Of a DNA stretch of 64,000 bases, positions 48,391 through 60,917 are shown piece after piece. Below the pieces are notes generated by a model. That model made no database searches, was not told where the DNA came from, and worked only from the letters and a program-made list of their open reading frames with translations. The stretch is from Candidatus Bathyarchaeota archaeon (lineage in GTDB: Archaea; Thermoproteota; Bathyarchaeia; Bathyarchaeales; Bathycorpusculaceae), in the NCBI GenBank assembly GCA_963767735.1, contig CAVYES010000007.1, positions 128,001-192,000 on the forward strand, given 5' to 3'. Made by a program: the position numbers and the translations under genes. Positions within the stretch are counted from its first letter, which is position 1. Each line of letters starts with the position of its first letter.

Positions 48391-50981
48391 GGCTCCTCCT
48401 TATCATCAAAACTTGGTATATCAGGAAAAGCTGTCGCAAAGTTGGCGTTAGTGAAGGTTTGCTTTAACTGTTGATAACAGTTCTCGCAGCGTCTAAGTAT
48501 GTCTTTTTGAGGCGTAATGATTTGCTTTGTGACTGCTAAAGCTGTGCAAGCTTCGCATTTTTCACCGGTTGGAATATCTTTGACATAAAAAATGGGCTGA
48601 TGCTGGCCGAGTTTGCCTTCAATCGGTTTCTCCTCTTTCCTCTTTGTCCTTTCAGGAAACACAAGCAAATTGCAACTTTTTTCGCTATCGAGCCTTGATT
48701 CTTGCTCTATTGGCTTCCTATCACTTATTACCTCCGAGGCCCAATATTTTTTCCTCAACACCTCAGGAACGTCAACCAAGGTCTCCTTGCTGTCCTGATG
48801 ATTCTCCGAAAAACTTTTTGCCACCTCTGAGCAGATAAGATGAGAAGATAGAGATAAGAATGATTTAAGCTCGTTTGGGTAATTGGCTTTGTATTCGCTT
48901 ATCTTTTCTGAAAAGACAAACGAATTAACGCTATTTTGCCCATTCACAATTTCATATTGAAAAGGCTTACTACTTTCAACCTCTTTGAGATAGCCATTCT
49001 TAGCGAGTGTTTTCAAAATTCTGGCAGCTGTCACTGACGAGCAGCGCAGTTTTTCGGCTAATTGATTCTTGTTTAATTTATCGCTTTTTTCAATGATTTC
49101 TAAGGCTTCTTTCTGGCGTTTTTCTATCCTGGTGACTGTTTCAATTATAGCGGTTTCAAGGATAGTTAGGGCTAATTCTACATCTTCGCAATCAGCTATA
49201 ACATACGTGTTTTCCTCAAATGTCAGCTTTATCCGTTGCCTTTGGTGAATAAGCGCCAAGATTTTAATGACATTAAGTATCCTCTCGATTTGTGTTCTTA
49301 GAGCGACTTCTTGTTCTTTCTTGTTAGCTAAATCTATCAAGCCAAGAAGGGCAGTTGGTGGAAAAATTACGACTTCTAAGCTAAAATCTAACAAAGCAAG
49401 AGCATTTTTAAAGTCTTTTTCTGAATATACGCTCTTGTTTTGTTCTGGAAACAGTCTGGCTCTCAGGCTTTCCGGTATGCTGGCATCTCTCATTTTCTTA
49501 GCGCATACACGCTTTGTAAGCGTTAAGCTATCATTCATGCTATTTTTGAAAACGCGACGATATAGGTCAGCAGCAACATCTAACCCGCTGTCTGTTGAAA
49601 TAAAGTTTTTGGCGTTTGTTTGAGTTTCTCCTAAAGTCATCTTTCCGGTGATTTCATCGCGCATTGGATAGATTGTTTTAATTCCCTTTCCTTCGCCAAT
49701 AGATCTTAAGCCTAAGGTTCCAGTTTCGCTTCGTATTCCCGCTAACTCGTAAATTATCATTGTGCCTTTGAAGTCTTCAGGAAGGTACTTTATTGCCTCT
49801 GGCGTGCTGGTGGTGAATTCGAACAGCCAGTCTTCGGGAATTAAAGGACTTATTGCTCTTATGCTTTCGTTCTTTCCGCTGCCGCTGTGTCCTGTAATGA
49901 TTTCGCTTATTGGATAATGAGTTTGACCACTAATTGTGAAAATGAAGTTTTGTTTGATTAGATTGTCTTCACCAATTAGATGTTTACGGCCTAAAGATAA
50001 CGCGTGATCAAGCAGTTTTGGGTCCGCTAACAATTTTTCCGCCTTGGCTTTCTCTTCTTTTGTTGCTTCTTCGATGCTTTTTTGGGCTAATGGGCAGCCT
50101 TCGGGTTCGCAAACAGATTTTAAAATCGGATCATTGCAACCGTAAACATAGTTGCCCTGAAGGGCTGACTTGAGTAATGCTTCTATTTCTTTACTGTCCA
50201 GCTGCGGTTCATTAAATTTGTTCCAAGTTCTCAGAAGTTTTAAGCTGGCCTCTGCTTGGTATTGCTTGCAGTTCCCATAGTAGCTTGCTAATCTTATTCC
50301 ATGTTCATTTCTTAGGCCTTCTTCGGTTCCCTTTGTAAGTTCTCTGATACAGTTGGGGTTTTTTCCTCTGTATGATTGATCTGGAGCTTCTTTGCGGTCA
50401 AACCAGGTTTCGCTTTTCCCCTCAGATTTTTCTCCTCTAACGCCTGCGGCATAAAAAGCGTCCAAAAGCAAGCCTTCTAAGTCATTAAGGACAGCAGGTG
50501 AATTGTCATTTATTTTTTTGTAGTTTCGGCTGGGCGCCATAGCGCAATAAGTGTGCTCGCCGAGAAGTTCTATTGCACATTCATTATGGTATGTCTTTAG
50601 AGTCTTGGGCTTAGAATGTACGTAGTATGTCCAGTGTTGGCCTCCGCTTGGTGTTTCCTCGATCATTGTGGCAGGTAGCTCTTTTAAGACACGTTGACCT
50701 TTCTCAATAGCCTTTGGCGAAACATTTTTGACATCAAAATCAATTACTGCTAAGTATAGGCTGTCTTTGTTTTTTGTTCCACAAACAATGCCTATACCGT
50801 CAGCGTCAGAAAAGTTCAAGCTGTCAAATTCTTCTTGTGTTTGTCTCTGTGTTTGCCACTTTTCCCACTTTGTTAAGGGTTGTTTTACTTTTATTGTGAA
50901 TACGTTAAGCCCTATTTCATAGTAAGCTTGGGCCGCACCTAAAAGCTCTGATTTTGACCCGTTTTGCGTCATCATTGTCAC
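48387..50981 (-). CDS. Bifunctional primase-polymerase + PriCT + P-loop NTPase + wHTH replication protein
   Basis: VIDFD, TPSGGQH, APS (Prim-Pol); EEGLRN (PriCT-like); GHSGSGKN Walker A; C-terminal HTH and Cys cluster. Confidence 0.88.
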   Translation of the reverse strand: MTMMTQNGSKSELLGAAQAYYEIGLNVFTIKVKQPLTKWEKWQTQRQTQEEFDSLNFSDADGIGIVCGTKNKDSLYLAVIDFDVKNVSPKAIEKGQRVLKELPATMIEETPSGGQHWTYYVHSKPKTLKTYHNECAIELLGEHTYCAMAPSRNYKKINDNSPAVLNDLEGLLLDAFYAAGVRGEKSEGKSETWFDRKEAPDQSYRGKNPNCIRELTKGTEEGLRNEHGIRLASYYGNCKQYQAEASLKLLRTWNKFNEPQLDSKEIEALLKSALQGNYVYGCNDPILKSVCEPEGCPLAQKSIEEATKEEKAKAEKLLADPKLLDHALSLGRKHLIGEDNLIKQNFIFTISGQTHYPISEIITGHSGSGKNESIRAISPLIPEDWLFEFTTSTPEAIKYLPEDFKGTMIIYELAGIRSETGTLGLRSIGEGKGIKTIYPMRDEITGKMTLGETQTNAKNFISTDSGLDVAADLYRRVFKNSMNDSLTLTKRVCAKKMRDASIPESLRARLFPEQNKSVYSEKDFKNALALLDFSLEVVIFPPTALLGLIDLANKKEQEVALRTQIERILNVIKILALIHQRQRIKLTFEENTYVIADCEDVELALTILETAIIETVTRIEKRQKEALEIIEKSDKLNKNQLAEKLRCSSVTAARILKTLAKNGYLKEVESSKPFQYEIVNGQNSVNSFVFSEKISEYKANYPNELKSFLSLSSHLICSEVAKSFSENHQDSKETLVDVPEVLRKKYWASEVISDRKPIEQESRLDSEKSCNLLVFPERTKRKEEKPIEGKLGQHQPIFYVKDIPTGEKCEACTALAVTKQIITPQKDILRRCENCYQQLKQTFTNANFATAFPDIPSFDDKEEP

Positions 50982-51229
50982 CGTTTTCCTAGATTTGATG
51001 AAAACTCGTCACATGCTTCTGACCGTGCAATTTGGTTGATTTTACCTTTTAAGCAACGACCAACCCAGCTTGAGCAGTCCCAGCATCGGTTTATAGATTT
51101 TCCATTGATGGCTTGATTAAGCAAGTTAGCGGCGAGCGCTGCACAGTCTCTGAGAGCCTCGGAATATCCTTCGGGAAAAGGTTCCCCCTCTTCCTGAAAT
51201 GATGTTTTAATGCAACAGTTGACTGCCAT
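50978..51229 (-). CDS. Small Cys-rich protein
   Basis: CWDC...C...C; ATGA overlap with replicase start. Confidence 0.6.
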   Translation of the reverse strand: MAVNCCIKTSFQEEGEPFPEGYSEALRDCAALAANLLNQAINGKSINRCWDCSSWVGRCLKGKINQIARSEACDEFSSNLGKR

Positions 51230-51270
51230 TTATCTGTGACACTCCAATTTGATTTGTTTTCTAAGTAAAC

Positions 51271-51486
51271 CTATGGCAAAAGGGCAAACTCTCCGCTCTT
51301 TTTCACACATTGGTTTACCTCCGGTTCTCTGCTAAAAACTGGCTGTAAAGTTATTTTGCCGTTAACTTCTAAAGCAATTGCCACTATCTTTTTGCCAGCT
51401 TCTTGCTCCGCGTTCTTTATCCAGCTTTTAGGTAGCGTTATGCTTTTGCTGTGTCCTACTTCCATGAGTTTTCTTATTATGGGCAT
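51271..51486 (-). CDS. AbrB/MazE-like DNA-binding protein
   Basis: RKLMEVGHSKSITLPKSW. Confidence 0.8.
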   Translation of the reverse strand: MPIIRKLMEVGHSKSITLPKSWIKNAEQEAGKKIVAIALEVNGKITLQPVFSREPEVNQCVKKSGEFALLP

Positions 51487-51561
51487 TTTATTTCACAGTA
51501 TAGACTATGTTACAACAAGGTATATAAGCAATGATTGGCATAATAAGCGTGGTAATGCCCA

Positions 51562-52344
51562 TTGTCAAGGACAAAAACGTTAATCAAACCCGAAATTAAA
51601 GTCGAGAGAGCCTTTGTTAAAAATGCAAATTTAAAACAGTATAAAATGCCCAATGAAACGGGCCTTAGCTACCGTACTGTCCTTAGAACACTCAAGCCTC
51701 TGGAAAGCCGAGGGTTCATTAAGTTAGTAAAGATTGAGCCTTCAAGTAAAGGTGGAAAAGAAAACAAAATCTATGCCTTAACGTTAAAAGGGGTCTTTTT
51801 TTGCCTGAATTCTTTTACACCTGAACAATGCGATTTTGAAGTCAATGGAGGATTTCATTACTCGCTTGATAAAGCAAACGAGGTCATTAAAAGCAAAATT
51901 AAGCCTTACAACTTAAATGATATAATCAACTTCTTAAAAGTCTCAGGCACAGATTTGGATTTTCCAATTTTCAGGGAGATACATTGGCTTCATGAGCATT
52001 TTAGGGAAGACATTTTTCGAGCAATTATGAACGCTGCGAGCCAAGCAATAGCCCGCGACAAACTGCCTAATGTAGACGGCGTGAGAAATATTATGATAAA
52101 TCAAGAAAACAAGAGTCCCGAAGAAACTGAAGTAACCATAAAAGAATTCTTAAATATAGAAACCCTAACATTACGCGATATTTTCACTGAGGCTTTCGCT
52201 TTTCAGCTCTCATTCTTGCAAGGAAAAGGCGACCTTCACAACGAAAGTATCCAGCGCATTTTCGCTAAAGTTGCAGCTGAAATTGAGCAAAGAAACCAAA
52301 GCACACTTTATCCTCTGAAACAACTGGTTGAAACACTAAAGTAG
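51562..52344 (+). CDS. wHTH regulator-like protein
   Basis: TGLSYRTV...L..LESRGFI...YALTLKG; divergent from AbrB gene. Confidence 0.7.
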   Translation: MSRTKTLIKPEIKVERAFVKNANLKQYKMPNETGLSYRTVLRTLKPLESRGFIKLVKIEPSSKGGKENKIYALTLKGVFFCLNSFTPEQCDFEVNGGFHYSLDKANEVIKSKIKPYNLNDIINFLKVSGTDLDFPIFREIHWLHEHFREDIFRAIMNAASQAIARDKLPNVDGVRNIMINQENKSPEETEVTIKEFLNIETLTLRDIFTEAFAFQLSFLQGKGDLHNESIQRIFAKVAAEIEQRNQSTLYPLKQLVETLK

Positions 52345-52416
52345 ACAGCAAATAACCTTGCATTTCTTTTTAATGGATAACTTGAAAAAAGATGCTGTTG
52401 CCGTCGATTATGGGTT

Positions 52417-52828
52417 TTATTGTTGTTTTTGGAGAGCTCGCAGTAATAGTTCATTTTGGCGTATTATAATTTTGTTTTGGTCTATCAGTGCTTTTAGGCC
52501 TGCACCTAATATCTGGTCTGTGCTGTTTCCTGAGAGTAAGGTGCCGAGGCGCATCCAACCTGTTCCTGCTTTCATGCATTGCGAGGTTCATCATATCTTC
52601 TTGCATGCGTTTTTTAATTTCCTCTTCTGTCATTTCGTCAGTTACAAGCAGTTGAACTGAGCCTTTTTCTAGTTTTTCAGCTATTTTTGCACGGTTCTTT
52701 TTTGCTGTTTTGAGGTCTCCTGCTTCTCGGATTCCGAAGGGTTTAGCGTCTGTTCCGCATTCAGGACATTTTTCGCCTTCCTTGATTGGTTTGTCATAGA
52801 CGCAGTCTCGGTTCGGGCAATAGTTCAT
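52417..52828 (-). CDS. Zinc-ribbon protein, apparent frameshift near 52570
   Basis: CPNRDC/CPEC; alternative frame continues AGTGWMRLGTLLSG...LKALIDQNKIIIRQNELLL. Confidence 0.55.
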
Positions 52829-52997
52829 TTGGTTAAATAATGGCGTGTTATCACCTCCTATCTACTCAGAGAACTGACAGTTTCCAGTTTTCCTTTTTTT
52901 TCTTATTTCTTTTTCTGTATTCTGGGTCTGGAGGCTCTTCTCGACTACTTTGCATGGTTAACTCAATAAAAGATTAGAAAATCATAGTTTTTTCTGC

Positions 52998-53849
52998 TCA
53001 GCTTTTGCTCCTCTTTCGCTTTCTAGCCGTAAGCACGACAACGATAATAATTGAAATCGCCATGAATAACGACAAAACTGCCAATGAAGGAAATTCTGGA
53101 GTTGTAGGTGTTGCTGTCGGTGTCGAGCTCGTTACTGTTGGAGTTGCAGATGGCAAACTCGCTGAAATTAATGCGTAATCGCTTGATTGTGCGGTTAAAG
53201 AATAACTTGTGATCAAGGGTATTTGACTTGAATCAGTGACGATAATTTCAAAGGGTGATGTACCACCAGGGGAAATGTCTTGGGGATTAGCAAACGTTAA
53301 TCCGGTGTCAACAACCATTCCACTTGAATCATAGCAAGTTGCGAAAATTTCTGTGGCACTTGAGGTTGCTGACCCTGTGTTTTGGATTTGTCCAACGATA
53401 TGAACATCTCCAATAGAATCAGTATAGGAGCTATTAGAGGTAATTTCTAAGCCTTGAGTAATGGAACCGTTTGTTGTAGACGTAACCTGAAGTTTATTGG
53501 TGCTAAATTGAGGTACTAAAGTTGAAGTTGTCTCTATAATGTCAAATGGTGATTTAGCGCCAGGTTGCATATAACTCAATGAAGCGAAAGAAAACTGCGT
53601 ATCGACAACTTGGTTGTTAGTATTATAATAAGTCGCGGTTATCTGCACGTAATCAACCGTGTTGGAACCGGTATTTTGCACTTCGCCTACTATGTGATAA
53701 TCGCCTATAGAATCGGTAAAGCCACTGCTTGATATTACCGTAACGCTATCAGCCTTAACTGAATTCAAGCTTGAAATACAAATAACAGACATTAAGAGCG
53801 TTAATGAAATTAAAATAAGTAGTATTTTGTTGTTCATTTTATTTTCCAT
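52998..53849 (-). CDS. Secreted double FxLYD-like protein with PEF-CTERM-type tail
   Basis: Paralog of 10752-11636 (VKADSVTV.SSS, GEVQNTG, KSPF, TPEFP + TM). Confidence 0.85.
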   Translation of the reverse strand: MENKMNNKILLILISLTLLMSVICISSLNSVKADSVTVISSSGFTDSIGDYHIVGEVQNTGSNTVDYVQITATYYNTNNQVVDTQFSFASLSYMQPGAKSPFDIIETTSTLVPQFSTNKLQVTSTTNGSITQGLEITSNSSYTDSIGDVHIVGQIQNTGSATSSATEIFATCYDSSGMVVDTGLTFANPQDISPGGTSPFEIIVTDSSQIPLITSYSLTAQSSDYALISASLPSATPTVTSSTPTATPTTPEFPSLAVLSLFMAISIIIVVVLTARKRKRSKS

Positions 53850-53976
53850 CTCCGACTGCTCATCGCTTAGTAGGTTAGTTTTATTTTTAAATTTTGTGCT
53901 ACCCTAAAGGTATACCCTAATAGTGCTCGAAAAAACACTTGTCTAACTTGCGGTGCTACCAAATTAGGTTCACAGC

Positions 53977-54165
53977 ATGATTGAATCATACGGCAAACTG
54001 ACTAATCGCCCAACGCAAACAGGCGGAAAAATGTATGATAAGTTCTTCATTTATGTTCCAATAGAGGTGGCAAGGGATAGCGCATTTCCATTCAAAGCTA
54101 ACGAAAGAGTTAAAGTAAAAATTGATGTGGAAAATAAGAGGTTAATTATAGAAACAATAGTTTAA
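53977..54165 (+). CDS. AbrB-like small protein
   Basis: YDKFFIYVP...DSAFPFK..ERVKV. Confidence 0.65.
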   Translation: MIESYGKLTNRPTQTGGKMYDKFFIYVPIEVARDSAFPFKANERVKVKIDVENKRLIIETIV

Positions 54166-54249
54166 CAGATTACTTCTTTTTCTCACAAAAGGCATGAATT
54201 AGACAGTTAGTGTAATTTTCGCAAAATTTGATTGATTCGGACGATACCG

Positions 54250-55310
54250 CAACGATACAGAGAGTCTTTTACGGCTCAGACTGTCTCTCATTCCGTTGTT
54301 TATTTTTGTATCGCCCTTTCCTTGCTTGCATGACCAAACCTAGTCACCTTCCACGTTGGGGCTACCCCCTGGGTAATCCCCCGAATAATCTGGGGGTTAC
54401 GTTCAGAATATAGAATGGCATCTTTGTCTGTGAAACATAGAGTTCAGCTATAAAGCTTAAGAGGCGTCTGCCAATGCCTATGCCCTGGTAATCTGGTAGG
54501 ACGACCGATGGGCTAACCCCTGTTGCATACCTGATTTCATTTTGATATGCACAACAGCGATAAACGCCACAGGCTTACCCTGATAGATTGCTGCATAGCA
54601 TCGGACGCCTGCTCCGAGCTTGCCGTTCATAATGAAACTGCGAAACATCTTCCATAATTGAGCGCCGCACCGATAAACTTTGAGTTCAATGGGCGGCCGG
54701 CTACATTTTGCGGATTAAACTCCATCGTGTCAGTGCAGAAAACACAATCAGGATCAAGCCAATCGACCACATCGTAGTGACAGGTTACGGCAATGAATTT
54801 CTTTTTTGATCGTCGAACCGCCTTGCTGATGGCAAAAGCACTGACCTTAGCAATCTTGCCGATAGACAACGCTTGTGAACTCATCGAATACTGCTAAGGG
54901 TTTATCTAAGCAAAGTGCGCGGGCGATGTCAACCCTCATTTTTTCCCCTTGACTTAAGCAGTCATAACTTTTTAGCCAGTCCGGTGGTGAGGCGAAACCA
55001 ACGCTGCCGAGCATTCCGGTAATCTCTGAGGTTTCAAGCCCTTCTGGAAAGTCATCCAAGACACATTTGCTTTTGTACTGGAAACCTAGGGAATTATATC
55101 AGGCCTCAGGGAAAATCTGTTTAGCAATACTTGTCTTGCCGGAGCCACTGCGCCCAACTATAACTCCGATTTGCCAATCAAAGTCCTAAGAGGCAAGGAA
55201 CCCTTAAACCGCTTTTCAAGCTTAACATCATTTAGAGTGTAGCTGCCAACGACGTTTTGAGCCCTAAAGCTATCGGCTTCTTCCCAATGTTTTACAATGT
55301 CAAAATCCGT
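54250..55310 (-). pseudogene. ABC-type ATPase fused or coupled to a GNAT acetyltransferase (several frameshifts; ends approximate)
   Basis: GRSGSGKTS, LSQGEKMR, FDEFTSVV, VTCHYD; VVLPDYQGIGIGRRLL near 54450-54505. Confidence 0.75.
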
Positions 55311-55851
55311 AGCTTATACCCCTCCGCTTTCAGCTTATCAAAAACTTGTTTTTGGTGGGCTTCGTCTTTGCACTCGACGATTATCTCGTAGGTTTCAGGT
55401 ATAGTTAGCGGAGACTCTTTGTTGTCTAATTCCTGCGGCAGCTTTTCTCCAACTGATTCAAGAAGCGCCTTCAAATGAGTTTCTCGCCGGCTTGAAGTAT
55501 GCGGACATATTCCTCGTTGTCAAGTTCTGTATTGTGTTTGCCCTTAAGCTTGTTTAGAATCTGCCTAAGCATCCGCCTATCAACGTCACTAACTGGCAAA
55601 CGAAGAACTGGAGCAAAAAATTCGCCATGCCCAATGCAAATACTCTCGACGCTGTTCGCCATCAACGAGGACGCCGTCTTTATTGGTCAGTATTGGGTAG
55701 GTCCAGCCGTATTTTTGCAGGCTATGCCAAATCTGTTCTTGCTGCTTAATGGTTGTGCGGTTAGGGTTATTTTGGTCTGCAGTTAAAAGACGGATGTCTT
55801 CTGACGGGGCACATAGGCTTCTGGGACTCTGATCGTCGTTTTCTTTTCCAT
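55292..55851 (-). pseudogene. ParB/Srx-like protein (several frameshifts)
   Basis: NNPN, SLQKYGW..PIL, LVDGEQR, LRQILNKLKG across frames. Confidence 0.7.
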
Positions 55852-55870
55852 TTTATACAGCTCATTTTTT

Positions 55871-56318
55871 TTAATTTTTCCGTAATTCCAGCTTGGATAA
55901 AGCCTCTATCATTTCCTCATTTTTTGCCAGTTCTTTTTCAATTTCTGCTGTTCTTTTCTCTTTGTCCTGTTTTTCCTTCAGCGTTTCCAAGCCAAGCGAA
56001 AGAGGCTCTTTACGATCTGTGACTTCTACCATTTTTGATAAGTACGCTGGTTTCTGGGGGTCGCCTGCTGTTTGGAAGTGAAAGCTTGCCATACGGTAGA
56101 GATATTCATAGCGGTTTAATAATGATAAACCGGGCTTTGTCTAAGTCAAAAAGTTGGGTTAGGACGGGTTGCCAACTGTCGCGATTTTCTGCGTCATAGT
56201 AGATATTTCTCTCTGAGGTGTGGTATTTTTCGCTCAGCAACTTCACTATCTCACAGAGAGTAAAGCCTTTAGCTTCGAGCTTTAGGAATTCTAAGCGTCT
56301 TTCAAGGATTTCGTTCAC
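55871..56318 (-). CDS. HTH-containing protein, possibly terminase-small-like (frameshifted)
   Basis: G.TL.EI...L....SERNIYYD helix-turn-helix pattern upstream of ParB. Confidence 0.4.
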
Positions 56319-56518
56319 TCAAAACCCTCAAAAATTGAAATGTGGATTTCATTTTCACTGTAGTTTGTGGTTCGTTTTAGCAGGTCACCTTCCAGCTTGA
56401 TTTCTCGGCGCCTCTGCTCCGACAGGAAGTAGTAGGGTTCCTCGAAGATTGGTTGATGGTATTTTCTGCAGATTTTGAAGCAGGCTTCTACTATCTCAAA
56501 GATGTCACTATCATCCAA
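56315..56518 (-). CDS. Hypothetical protein
   Basis: 67-aa ORF overlapping next start. Confidence 0.45.
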   Translation of the reverse strand: MDDSDIFEIVEACFKICRKYHQPIFEEPYYFLSEQRRREIKLEGDLLKRTTNYSENEIHISIFEGFE

Positions 56519-56527
56519 ATCGTTGCT

Positions 56528-56761
56528 CTAAAAGCATCTATGTTTGGAGCCGCTACTCCAGTTCCAAGTTACATGCCAATAGAGGCGCAAACAAATTTTC
56601 TCATATTCCGTAGCTTGAGCCTGCAGAACCATATGCACTTTATCATAAATAGTCTTCATCTGCAGAAGCGCCTTATAGAAAACTTTGCTTTCAGGATCTT
56701 CCCGCGCTTTAGCGATGTTAATTTGAAAAAGCGCCTCACCTGATTCTTGAGTGCACGTCAT
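56528..56761 (-). CDS. Hypothetical protein (may extend toward the homopolymer)
   Basis: 77-aa ORF in the same minus-strand operon. Confidence 0.4.
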   Translation of the reverse strand: MTCTQESGEALFQINIAKAREDPESKVFYKALLQMKTIYDKVHMVLQAQATEYEKICLRLYWHVTWNWSSGSKHRCF

Positions 56762-56928
56762 GCCCTAACATCAATGTATCTTGCTGTGCCAGCGGATATT
56801 TTTCTAGCAGATACTTGCGAGTGGTCAAATAAGTTAGCAGGATTTCCCATTCTCTACCAGACATCAACGATAAATCATTACCTAGCTGGATCTAAAGCTT
56901 CGGGGAATAACTGCTTAAGCGTACAGTT

Positions 56929-58673
<1,745 letters not shown>

Positions 58674-58773
58674 CTGCAGTCTTTGAATCCTACAGCAATA
58701 CACGACATTTACAAAAACTTTATACAAAAAATATGTACCAGATGATTACAGAGACACTCCATTTTATCGTGAA

Positions 58774-59178
58774 TTGAAAGGCATTTTGATTCCACACTTA
58801 AATAATGAAGATAAAGAAAACGCAGATGTTACGAACTTGAAAAGTATGTTAATTGCCGATGAAGCGCGATTAATGAGTGGAGGTCTTATTTTTTTCAATA
58901 GACTAGGCTCTGTTCTAACTTCTCTTTACCCCACATCAGAAGAGGTCAAATTGAACTTTACAATGGCATTATACTGGAGCATAAGCACGTCTTTGTTAAA
59001 TGCAATGATTCATTCTTTACATCAACAACTCGGTGAAGCTGAAAACCAGAAGTATAAAAAGCTGATGGACCTTGAAACGGAATTTTTCAAAGATATTGAT
59101 GAGTATTACGACTTAGACTTTAATTGGGCACCTTTCAAGGAGAAATATGAAAAGATAACGACAAAATTAATGGCGTAG
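58774..59178 (+). CDS. Hypothetical protein
   Basis: 134-aa helical ORF. Confidence 0.55.
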   Translation: MKGILIPHLNNEDKENADVTNLKSMLIADEARLMSGGLIFFNRLGSVLTSLYPTSEEVKLNFTMALYWSISTSLLNAMIHSLHQQLGEAENQKYKKLMDLETEFFKDIDEYYDLDFNWAPFKEKYEKITTKLMA

Positions 59179-59714
59179 GATCAAGATTTTCAGATGGTTA
59201 AAGGCAAACTTGGTGCTCTGAAAACTAATATTGTCCTAGGTAAACAAATTAGCCTCGACAATAATATCTTTATACTTACCGCATTCTCAATAGTGATAGC
59301 TTCTTCGGAGCTATTATCACAGAAATACTAAGTCTCGGCAAAGATATGGCTGCCCCCAAAGCTGTTGTTAACCATATTGATCATAGTCATTATTGTTATT
59401 GTTGGTCTTTTTATTGTTTACATTATAGACAAAATTAGAAAAACGAGCACTACCGAAAATGGATTTTCAACTAAAGTACGAAGATTGCTAAGAAGGATAA
59501 AAATTTGGGAAAAACCCAGAGCTAAAAACGACAAAATAAAATGATCAGCGTTTTGCCCTAAATGGCTTTCGTGACAGGACCAGGAATAATCGCAGAAAGG
59601 TCCTTTTCAATCTGCTCGTTTCCTTCTGCCGGCAAAAGCAAAAAATGCATAATCAACTTCAACTATTTAAGATTCTATACCTTTCAAAGATCTCCGTTCA
59701 ATTAGCAAAGACGA

Positions 59715-60473
59715 TTAAGTTGGCATACATAAGAAGTAAAGCCAAGAATCCTTCGCATCGATTAAGTTTGCAGGCATGATTTCTTTGCCTTGCAGACCAA
59801 AGACGCGGATATTTTCAAAGCCCAAAGTCTTTAAATGCTTGACGTGTTCTTCTGGCTTGATATAATGCGTTATCAACCTTAAGTTCAGAGCGTCATCGTT
59901 TAAAAGTAAGTATGGCACTTCTTCTATGTTCTTTTTCAAGTGTTTGTTTATGGAGCGAAATCGATAGAGACGACGCAGTTCATGTGGCACGCGTGCGAGA
60001 CCTATCAAATTTTTAGGGAAATTGAACTTGAACAGTTCAGGAGCACAATTAAGGTTATGCGTTGACATGCAGACATATCCCCATCTTGTGGTGACACGGT
60101 GTATTTCTTTTAAGGCTAATACTCGGTCTTTGTGGCTCATGTAGTCTAAACCGTTAAAACTGAACAAACTGAAGTCAAAACGCCCATCTTTAAACATGGA
60201 GAGGTTTCTTGCGTCAGCCACTTCGAATTGAAACTCTGGAAATTTCTTTCTGCAAGTCTTTATCATGTTGACTGCATAATCTATCCCTATATAGTCCTTG
60301 GTTAGAGTAGCAAAATGTTGTGTGGTGCGGCCTCCCCCACAGCCTATGTCAAGCATGCTCATCTGGGATAGTCTGTTTCTTAACAGGTTTAGAATCGTTT
60401 GTTCTGGTGGCTGCAAGGCATTTAGTTGAGCGTAATATTCAACTATGGCTGATGACTCGTAAGTGCTTCTCAA
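59715..60473 (-). CDS. Class I SAM-dependent methyltransferase
   Basis: MLDIGCGGGRT, GIDY, VADAR, FD. Confidence 0.9.
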   Translation of the reverse strand: MRSTYESSAIVEYYAQLNALQPPEQTILNLLRNRLSQMSMLDIGCGGGRTTQHFATLTKDYIGIDYAVNMIKTCRKKFPEFQFEVADARNLSMFKDGRFDFSLFSFNGLDYMSHKDRVLALKEIHRVTTRWGYVCMSTHNLNCAPELFKFNFPKNLIGLARVPHELRRLYRFRSINKHLKKNIEEVPYLLLNDDALNLRLITHYIKPEEHVKHLKTLGFENIRVFGLQGKEIMPANLIDAKDSWLYFLCMPT

Positions 60474-60917
60474 AATTCACTTATATCTGCCGAATTTTTC
60501 TTGTTTCGCGGTTGTGTCGGCATGAGGGGTACAACTCATGAATCATCTATAGCTTATTTGTTGGTCAAACGGATAAGAACTTTGTGCGTAGCGGGTTATG
60601 AATCGCTTGAAAGCGCTTTCTACGGTCTTAAGTAAGAAATTCAAGCTAAAAACTATTTTTATTGATTTGCCAACCGGTTTATAGCGAATGGTCGCTCTAA
60701 TTTGTACTCAATCAGGAGTACTTTTCTTACTTCATGAAAATCCATAGCGACAATTTTTGGTTGCTGGAATATCTGACCAAACGACATTTTTCAAGACCTT
60801 AGAAGTACACAAAGTTAAGCTCGAAACTACATAATCTCCTTAATTGCCGCAGCATTTGAGACCGCTGAAGATTCATTATTTGTTTCTTGCTCAAACATAC
60901 CATCAAACCCTTGAAAA

